A stretch of 64,000 nucleotides of DNA from Eledone cirrhosa (Eukaryota), in contig OZ024746.1 of NCBI GenBank assembly GCA_964016885.1, positions 100,316,001-100,380,000 of the forward strand, in the 5' to 3' direction. The notes under the pieces are model-generated. The model was given only the letters and a program-made list of their open reading frames with translations. It was not told the DNA's origin and searched no databases. Both the position numbers and the translations under genes were made by a program. Numbering within the stretch: position 1 is the first letter of the stretch; every line of letters begins with the position of its first letter. Shown here in pieces: positions 51,926 through 64,000 of the stretch.

Positions 51926-52234
51926 GGTTGTAGCAATAATCTGATACTATTTTCAATATAATTTCTTTTACATAATCAATCGGTGACCGGGAAGCGTCAT
52001 AGGTAAGTTTACATTTTAAATGGGTTTTCGATGTAAGACACTGTTCCATATTCTCCACCTGGCAGTGCCCTGTAAGGTACTGTTAGTCTTTTATAGAATA
52101 TACGGGTTTAAATTATCACCGACCTTATTGACTGTATGGGCCAAATAACTGCTGACACCTGACCTTCAGATGCCAGGCGCCCACTTGGGATCTGTGATAG
52201 ACATTTGGTTTTTGATATAGGCTTGTATGCTTGG

Positions 52235-52580
<346 letters not shown>

Positions 52581-52631
52581 TTTTAAAAACCTGGCAGAGC
52601 CCATTCCTCTTCAGATATATTCCATAGAAAG

Positions 52632-55600
52632 CATTCTCTCTGACATTCTATCTAACATTCTATTTAAAATTCTGTCTGACATTCTATTTAACATTCTATC
52701 TGACATTCTCTCTGACATTCTATCTAATATTCTAACTGACATTCTATATGACATTCTATCTGACATTCTAACTGACATTCTATCTAACATTCTATCTGAC
52801 ATTCTATCTGACATTCTAACTGACATTCTAACTGACATTCTATCTGACATTCTATCTGACATTCTATATAACATTCTATCTGACATTCTATCTAACATTC
52901 TATCTGACATTCTATCTGACATTCTATCTGACATTCTAACTGACATTCTATCTAACATTCTATCTGACATTCTATCTAACATTCTATCTGACATTCTATC
53001 TGACATTCTAACTGACATTCTAACTGACATTGTATCTGACATTCTATCTGACATTCTATCTGACATTCTAACTGACATTCTATCTGACATTCTATCTGAC
53101 ATTCTATCTAACATTCTATCTGACATTCTATTTAACATTCTATCTGACATTCTATCTAACATTCTATCTGATATTCTATCTAACATTCTAACTGACATTC
53201 TAACTGACATTCTATCTGACATTCTATCTGACATTCTATCTGACATTCTATCTGACATTCTATCTGACATTCTATCTGACATTCTATCTGACATTCTATC
53301 TGACATTCTATCTGACATTCTATCTGACATTCTATCTGACATTCTAACTGACATTCTATCTGACATTCTATCTGACATTCTATCTGACATTCTAACTGAC
53401 ATTCTATCTAACATTCTAAATGACATTCTATCTGACATTCTATCTGACATTCTAACTGACATTCTATCTAACATTCTATCTGACATTCTATCTAACTTTC
53501 TATCTGACATTCTATCTGACATTCTATCTGACATTCTATCTGACATTCTAACTGACATTCTATCTAACATTCTATCTAACATTCTATCTGACATTCTATC
53601 TGACATTCTATCTGACATTCTATCTGACATTCTATCTGGCATTCTATCTGACATTCTAACTGACATTCTATCTAACATTCTAACTGACATTCTATCTGAC
53701 ATTCTATCTGACATTCTATCTGACATTCTATCTGACATTCTATCTGACATTCTATCTAACTTTCTATCTAACATTCTATCTGACATTCTCTCTGACATTC
53801 TATCTGACATTCTAACTGACATTCTATCTAACATTCTATCTGGCATTCTATCTGACATTCTATCTGACATTCTATCTGACATTCTATCTGACATTCTAAC
53901 TGACATTCAAATCTGACATTCTATCTGACATTCTATCTGACATTCTATCTGACATTCTATCTGACATTCTATCTGACATTCTAACTGACATTCTATCTGA
54001 CATTCTATCTGACATTCTATCTAACATTCTATCTGACATTCTATCTGACATTCTAACTGACATTCTATCTAACATTCTAACTGACATTCTAGCTGACATT
54101 CTATCTAACATTCTAACTGACATTCTATCTAACATTCTAACTGACATTCTATCTGACATTCTATCTGACATTCTAACTGACATTCAATCTAACATTCTAT
54201 CTAACATTCTATCTGACATTCTATCTAACATTCTATCTAACATTCTATCTGACATTCTATTTAACATTCTATCTGACATTCTATTTAACATTCTATCTGA
54301 CATTCTAACTGACTGACATTCTATCTGACATTCTAACTGACATTCTATCTGACATTCTATCTGACATTCTATCTGACATTCTATCTGACATTCTATCTAA
54401 CATTCTAACTAACATTCTAACTGACATTCTCTCTGACATTCTATCTGACATTCTATCTAACATTCTAACTGACATTCTATCTGATATTCTAACTGACATT
54501 CTATCTAACATTCTATCTGACAGTCAATCTAACATTCTAACTAACATTCTAACTGACATTCTATCTGACATTCTATCTGACATTCTAACTGACATTCAAT
54601 CTAACATTCTATCTAACATTCTATCTGACATTCTATCTAACATTCTATCTAACATTCTATCTAACATTCTAACGGACATTCTATTTAACATTCTATCTGA
54701 CATTCTAACTGACTGACATTCTATCTGACATTCTAACTGACATTCTATCTGATATTCTATCTGACATTCTATCTAACATTCTAACTAACATTCTAACTGA
54801 CATTCTCTCTGACATTCTATCTGACATTCTATCTAACATTCTATCTAACATTCTAACGGACATTCTATCTAACATTCTATCTGACATGTTATCTGACATT
54901 CTATCTAACATTCTATCTGACATTCTATCTGACATTCTATCTGACATTCTATCTAACATTCTAACTGACATTCTATCTGATATTCTAACTGACATTCTAT
55001 CTAACATTCTAACTGACATTCTATCTGACATTCTATCTGATATTCTCTCTTACATTCTAACTGACATTCTATCCAACATTCTATCTGACATTCTATCTAA
55101 CATTCTATCTAACATTCGAACTGACATTCTAACTGACATTCTATCTGACATTCTATCTAACATTCTATCTAACTTTCTATCTAACATTCTATCTGACATT
55201 CTATCTAACATTCTATCTAACATTCTAACTGACATTCTAACTGACATTCTATCTGACATTCTATCTAACTTTCTATCTGACATTCTAACTGACATTCTAA
55301 CTGACATTCTATCTAACATTCTGTCTGACATTCTATCTAACATTCTATCTGACATTCTAACTGACTGACATTCTATCTGACATTCTATCTGACATTCGAA
55401 CTGACATTCTATCTGACATTCTATCTAACTCTCTATCTGACATTCTATCTGTCATTCTAACTGACATTCTATCTGACATTCTATCTGACATTCTATCTGA
55501 CATTCTATCTGACATTCTATCTGACATTCTATCTGACATTCTATCTAACATTCTATCTGACATTCTAACTGACATTCTATCTGACATTCTATCTGACATT

Positions 55601-58600
55601 CTATCTAACATTCTAACTGACATTCTAACTGACATTCTATCTGACATTCTATCTAACATTCTCTCTGACATTCTATCTGACATTCTATCTAACATTCTAA
55701 CTGACATTCTATCTGATATTCTAACTGACATTCTATCTAACATTCTATCTGACAGTCAATCTAACATTCTAACTAACATTCTAACTGACATTCTATCTGA
55801 CATTCTATCTGACATTCTAACTGACATTCTATCTAACATTCTAACTGACATTCTATCTGACATTCTATCTGACATTCTAACTGACATTCTATCTAACATT
55901 CTATCTGACATTCTATCTAACTTTCTATCTGACATTCTATCTGACATTCTAACTGACATTCTATCTAACATTCTATCTAACATTCTATCTGACATTCTCT
56001 CTGACATTCTATCTAACATTCTATTTAAAATTCTGTCTGACATTCTATTTAACATTCTATCTGACATTCTCTCTGACATTCTATCTAATATTCTAACTGA
56101 CATTCTATATGACATTCTATCTGACATTCTAACTGACATTCTATCTAACATTCTATCTGACATTCTATCTGACATTCTAACTGACATTCTAACTGACATT
56201 CTATCTGACATTCTATCTGACATTCTATATAACATTCTATCTGACATTCTATCTAACATTCTATCTGACATTCTATCTGACATTCTATCTGACATTCTAA
56301 CTGACATTCTATCTAACATTCTATCTGACATTCTATCTAACATTCTATCTGACATTCTATCTGACATTCTAACTGACATTCTAACTGACATTGTATCTGA
56401 CATTCTATCTGACATTCTATCTGACATTCTAACTGACATTCTATCTGACATTCTATCTGACATTCTATCTAACATTCTATCTGACATTCTATTTAACATT
56501 CTATCTGACATTCTATCTAACATTCTATCTGATATTCTATCTAACATTCTAACTGACATTCTAACTGACATTCTATCTGACATTCTATCTGACATTCTAT
56601 CTGACATTCTATCTGACATTCTATCTGACATTCTATCTGACATTCTATCTGACATTCTATCTGACATTCTATCTGACATTCTATCTGACATTCTATCTGA
56701 CATTCTAACTGACATTCTATCTGACATTCTATCTGACATTCTATCTGACATTCTAACTGACATTCTATCTAACATTCTAAATGACATTCTATCTGACATT
56801 CTATCTGACATTCTAACTGACATTCTATCTAACATTCTATCTGACATTCTATCTAACTTTCTATCTGACATTCTATCTGACATTCTATCTGACATTCTAT
56901 CTGACATTCTAACTGACATTCTATCTAACATTCTATCTAACATTCTATCTGACATTCTATCTGACATTCTATCTGACATTCTATCTGACATTCTATCTGG
57001 CATTCTATCTGACATTCTAACTGACATTCTATCTAACATTCTAACTGACATTCTATCTGACATTCTATCTGACATTCTATCTGACATTCTATCTGACATT
57101 CTATCTGACATTCTATCTAACTTTCTATCTAACATTCTATCTGACATTCTCTCTGACATTCTATCTGACATTCTAACTGACATTCTATCTAACATTCTAT
57201 CTGGCATTCTATCTGACATTCTATCTGACATTCTATCTGACATTCTATCTGACATTCTAACTGACATTCAAATCTGACATTCTATCTGACATTCTATCTG
57301 ACATTCTATCTGACATTCTATCTGACATTCTATCTGACATTCTATCTGACATTCTAACTGACATTCTATCTGACATTCTATCTGACATTCTATCTAACAT
57401 TCTATCTGACATTCTATCTGACATTCTAACTGACATTCTATCTAACATTCTAACTGACATTCTAGCTGACATTCTATCTAACATTCTAACTGACATTCTA
57501 TCTAACATTCTAACTGACATTCTATCTGACATTCTATCTGACATTCTAACTGACATTCAATCTAACATTCTATCTAACATTCTATCTGACATTCTATCTA
57601 ACATTCTATCTAACATTCTATCTGACATTCTATTTAACATTCTATCTGACATTCTATTTAACATTCTATCTGACATTCTAACTGACTGACATTCTATCTG
57701 ACATTCTAACTGACATTCTATCTGACATTCTATCTGACATTCTATCTGACATTCTATCTGACATTCTATCTAACATTCTAACTAACATTCTAACTGACAT
57801 TCTCTCTGACATTCTATCTGACATTCTATCTAACATTCTAACTGACATTCTATCTGATATTCTAACTGACATTCTATCTAACATTCTATCTGACAGTCAA
57901 TCTAACATTCTAACTAACATTCTAACTGACATTCTATCTGACATTCTATCTGACATTCTAACTGACATTCAATCTAACATTCTATCTAACATTCTATCTG
58001 ACATTCTATCTAACATTCTATCTAACATTCTATCTAACATTCTAACGGACATTCTATTTAACATTCTATCTGACATTCTAACTGACTGACATTCTATCTG
58101 ACATTCTAACTGACATTCTATCTGATATTCTATCTGACATTCTATCTAACATTCTAACTAACATTCTAACTGACATTCTCTCTGACATTCTATCTGACAT
58201 TCTATCTAACATTCTATCTAACATTCTAACGGACATTCTATCTAACATTCTATCTGACATGTTATCTGACATTCTATCTAACATTCTATCTGACATTCTA
58301 TCTGACATTCTATCTGACATTCTATCTAACATTCTAACTGACATTCTATCTGATATTCTAACTGACATTCTATCTAACATTCTAACTGACATTCTATCTG
58401 ACATTCTATCTGATATTCTCTCTTACATTCTAACTGACATTCTATCCAACATTCTATCTGACATTCTATCTAACATTCTATCTAACATTCGAACTGACAT
58501 TCTAACTGACATTCTATCTGACATTCTATCTAACATTCTATCTAACTTTCTATCTAACATTCTATCTGACATTCTATCTAACATTCTATCTAACATTCTA

Positions 58601-61600
58601 ACTGACATTCTAACTGACATTCTATCTGACATTCTATCTAACTTTCTATCTGACATTCTAACTGACATTCTAACTGACATTCTATCTAACATTCTGTCTG
58701 ACATTCTATCTAACATTCTATCTGACATTCTAACTGACTGACATTCTATCTGACATTCTATCTGACATTCGAACTGACATTCTATCTGACATTCTATCTA
58801 ACTCTCTATCTGACATTCTATCTGTCATTCTAACTGACATTCTATCTGACATTCTATCTGACATTCTATCTGACATTCTATCTGACATTCTATCTGACAT
58901 TCTATCTGACATTCTATCTAACATTCTATCTGACATTCTAACTGACATTCTATCTGACATTCTATCTGACATTCTATCTAACATTCTAACTGACATTCTA
59001 ACTGACATTCTATCTGACATTCTATCTAACATTCTCTCTGACATTCTATCTGACATTCTATCTAACATTCTAACTGACATTCTATCTGATATTCTAACTG
59101 ACATTCTATCTAACATTCTATCTGACAGTCAATCTAACATTCTAACTAACATTCTAACTGACATTCTATCTGACATTCTATCTGACATTCTAACTGACAT
59201 TCTATCTAACATTCTAACTGACATTCTATCTGACATTCTATCTGACATTCTAACTGACATTCTATCTAACATTCTATCTGACATTCTATCTAACTTTCTA
59301 TCTGACATTCTATCTGACATTCTAACTGACATTCTATCTAACATTCTATCTAACATTCTATCTGACATTCTATCTGACATTCTATCTGACATTCTATCTG
59401 ACATTCTATCTGGCATTCTATCTGACATTCTAACTGACATTCTATCTAACATTCTAACTGACATTCTATCTGACATTCTATCTGACATTCTATCTGACAT
59501 TCTATCTGACATTCTATCTGACATTCTATCTAACTTTCTATCTAACATTCTATCTGACATTCTCTCTGACATTCTATCTGACATTCTAACTGACATTCTA
59601 TCTAACATTCTATCTGACATTCTATCTGACATTCTATCTGACATTCTATCTGACATTCTATCTGACATTCTAACTGACATTCAAATCTGACATTCTATCT
59701 GACATTCTATCTGACATTCTATCTGACATTCTATCTGACATTCTATCTGACATTCTATCTGACATTCTAACTGACATTCTATCTGACATTCTATCTGACA
59801 TTCTATCTAACATTCTATCTGACATTCTATCTGACATTCTAACTGACATTCTATCTAACATTCTAACTGACATTCTAACTGACATTCTATCTAACATTCT
59901 AACTGACATTCTATCTAACATTCTAACTGACATTCTATCTGACATTCTATCTGACATTCTAACTGACATTCAATCTAACATTCTATCTAACATTCTATCT
60001 GACATTCTATCTAACATTCTATCTAACATTCTATCTGACATTCTATTTAACATTCTATCTGACATTCTATTTAACATTCTATCTAACATTCTAACTGACA
60101 TTCTATCTGACATTCTAACTGACTGACATTCTATCTGACATTCTAACTGACATTCTATCTGACATTCTATCTGACATTCTATCTGACATTCTATCTGACA
60201 TTCTATCTAACATTCTAACTGACATTCTATCTGACATTCTAACTGACTGACATTCTATCTGACATTCTAACTGACATTCTATCTGACATTCTATCTGACA
60301 TTCTATCTGACATTCTATCTGACATTCTATCTAACATTCTAACTGACATTCTATCTGACATTCTAACTGACTGACATTCTATCTGACATTCTAACTGACA
60401 TTCTATCTGACATTCTATCTGACATTCTATCTGACATTCTATCTGACATTCTATCTAACATTCTAACTAACATTCTAACTGACATTCTCTCTGACATTCT
60501 ATCTGACATTCTATCTAACATTCTAACTGACATTCTATCTGATATTCTAACTGACATTCTATCTAACATTCTATCTGACAGTCAATCTAACATTCTAACT
60601 AACATTCTAACTGACATTCTATCTGACATTCTATCTGACATTCTAACTGACATTCAATCTAACATTCTATCTAACATTCTATCTGACATTCTATCTAACA
60701 TTCTATCTAACATTCTATCTAACATTCTAACGGACATTCTATTTAACATTCTATCTGACATTCTAACTGACTGACATTCTATCTGACATTCTAACTGACA
60801 TTCTATCTGATATTCTATCTGACATTCTATCTAACATTCTAACTAACATTCTAACTGACATTCTCTCTGACATTCTATCTGACATTCTATCTAACATTCT
60901 ATCTAACATTCTAACGGACATTCTATCTAACATTCTATCTGACATTTTATCTGACATTCTATCTAACATTCTATCTGACATTCTATCTGACATTCTATCT
61001 GACATTCTATCTAACATTCTAACTGACATTCTATCTGATATTCTAACTGACATTCTATCTAACATTCTAACTGACATTCTATCTGACATTCTATCTGATA
61101 TTCTCTCTTACATTCTAACTGACATTCTATCCAACATTCTATCTGACATTCTATCTAACATTCTATCTAACATTCTAACTGACATTCTAACTGACAATCT
61201 ATCTGACATTCTATCTAACATTCTATCTAACTTTCTATCTAACATTCTATCTGACATTCTATCTAACATTCTATCTAACATTCTAACTGACATTCTAACT
61301 GACATTCTATCTGACATTCTATCTAACTTTCTATCTGACATTCTAACTGACATTCTAACTGACATTCTATCTAACATTCTATCTGACATTCTATCTAACA
61401 TTCTATCTGACATTCTAACTGACTGACATTCTATCTGACATTCTATCTGACATTCTAACTGACATTCTATCTGACATTCTATCTAACTCTCTATCTGACA
61501 TTCTATCTGTCATTCTAACTGACATTCTATCTGACATTCTATCTGACATTCTATCTGACATTCTATCTGACATTCTATCTGACATTCTATCTGACATTCT

Positions 61601-64000
61601 ATCTAACATTCTATCTGACATTCTAACTGACATTCTATCTGACATTCTATCTGACATTCTATCTGACATTCTATCTAACATTCTAACTGACATTCTAACT
61701 GACATTCTATCTGACATTCTATCTAACATTCTATCTAACTTTCTATCTAACATTCTCTCTGACATTCTATCTGACATTCTATCTAACATTCTAACTGACA
61801 TTCTATCTGATATTCTAACTGACATTCTATCTAACATTCTATCTGACAGTCAATCTAACATTCTAACTAACATTCTAACTGACATTCTATCTGACATTCT
61901 ATCTGACATTCTAACTGACATTCAATCTAACATTCTATCTAACATTCTATCTGACATTCTATCTAACATTCTATCTAACATTCTATCTAACATTCTATTT
62001 AACATTCTATCTGACATTCTAACTGACTGACATTCTATCTGACATTCTAACTGACATTCTATCTGACATTTTATCTGACATTCTATCTAACATTCTATCT
62101 GACATTCTATCTGACATTCTATCTGACATTCTATCTAACATTCTATCTGACATTCTATCTGACATTCTATCTGACATTCTATCTGACATTCTATCTAACA
62201 TTCTATCTAACATTCTAACGGACATTCTATCTGACATTCTATCTGACATTCTATCTGACATTCTATCTGACATTCTATCTGACATTCTATCTAACATTCT
62301 AAAGGACATTCTATCTAACATTCTATCTGACATTTTATCTGACATTCTATCTAACATTCTATCTGACATTCTATCTGACATTCTATCTGACATTCTATCT
62401 GATATTCTATCTGACATTCTATCTAACATTCTAACTGACATTCTATCTGACATTCTATCTGATATTCTCTCTTACATTCTAACTGACATTGTATCCAACA
62501 TTCTATCTGACATTCTATCTAACATTCTATCTAACATTCTAACTGACATTCTAACTGACATTCTATCTGACATTCTATCTAACATTCTATCTAACTTTCT
62601 ATCTAACATTCTATCTGACATTCTATCTAACATTCTATCTAACATTCTAACTGACATTCTAACTGACATTCTATCTGACATTCTATCTAACTTTCTATCT
62701 GACATTCTAACTGACATTCTAACTGACATTCTATCTAACATTCTATCTGACATTCTATCTAACATTCTATCTGACATTCTAACTGACTGACATTCTATCT
62801 GACATTCTATCTGACATTCTAACTGACATTCTATCTGACATTCTATCTAACTCTCTATCTGACATTCTATCTGTCATTCTAACTGACATTCTATCTGACA
62901 TTCTAACGGACATTCTATCTAACATTCTATCTGACATTTTATCTGACATTCTATCTAACATTCTATCTGACATTCTATCTGACATTCTATCTGACATTCT
63001 ATCTGACATTCTATCTAACATTCTAACTGACATTCTATCTGATATTCTAACTGACATTCTATCTAACATTCTATCTGACAGTCAATCTAACATTCTAACT
63101 AACATTCTAACTGACATTCTATCTGACATTCTATCTGACATTCTAACTGACATTCAATCTAACATTCTATCTAACATTCTATCTGACATTCTATCTAACA
63201 TTCTATCTAACATTCTATCTAACATTCTAATGGACATTCTATTTAACATTCTATCTGACATTCTAACTGACTGACATTCTATCTGACATTCTAACTGACA
63301 TTCTATCTGACATTCTATCTAACATTCTAACTAACATTCTAACTGACATTCTCTCTGACATTCTATCTGACATTCTATCTAACATTCTATCTAACATTCT
63401 AACGGACATTCTATCTAACATTCTATCTGACATTTTATCTGACATTCTATCTAACATTCTATCTGACATTCTATCTGACATTCTATCTGACATTCTATCT
63501 AACATTCTAACTGACATTCTATCTGATATTCTAACTGACATTCTATCTGACATTCTAACTGACATTCTATCTGACATTTTATCTGACATTCTATCTAACA
63601 TTCTCTCTGACATTCTATCTGACATTCTATCTAACATTCTATCTAACATTCTAACGGACATTCTATCTAACATTCTATCTGACATTTTATCTGACATTCT
63701 ATCTAACATTCTATCTGACATTCTATCTGACATTCTATCTGACATTCTATCTAACATTCTAACTGACATTCTATCTGATATTCTAACTGACATTCTATCT
63801 AACATTCTAACTGACATTCTATCTGACATTCTATCTGATATTCTCTCTTACATTCTAACTGACATTCTATCCAACATTCTATCCAACATTCTATCTAACA
63901 TTCTATCTAACATTCTACCTGACATTCTAACTGACATTCTATCTGACATTCTATCTGACATTCTATCTTACTTTCTATCTAACATTCTATCTGACATTCT
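52632..64000. repeat. 12-bp satellite (CATTCTATCTGA) with higher-order repeats, more than 11 kb, runs off the window end
   Basis: Monomer variants TCTAA, ACTGA etc.; identical variant strings offset by 3361/3373 and 2685 bp. Confidence 0.97.

Overview
AT-rich, microsatellite-dense eukaryotic DNA, inferred from its SINE families and simple-repeat load to be cephalopod/octopod-like. I can support no host gene; almost all of the window is transposon-derived. Retroelements: Nin-core and CORE/Meta-like tRNA SINEs, RTE-like, Tx1-like and CRE-like LINE fragments, two Dong/R4 elements stacked at (TAA)n tracts, and three Penelope-like elements (PLEs). DNA elements: hAT, Tc1/mariner-superfamily and piggyBac-like elements/MITEs, and three Helitrons. 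The window ends in more than 11 kb of a 12-bp satellite with higher-order structure. The main signal outside the ORF track is a set of about 13 type-I hammerhead ribozyme (HHR) motifs from about 9 sequence-distinct families. Most sit in long inverted repeats with a fixed outward-pointing polarity, several in ORF-less fold-back elements, and four carry a U.U mismatch at the base of stem II. Several tandem arrays appear to derive from neighbouring mobile-element sequence (a SINE head, a PLE RT motif, a MITE end, a Helitron 3' end). All calls were made by eye; no database search was run, and boundaries are approximate unless termini are quoted.
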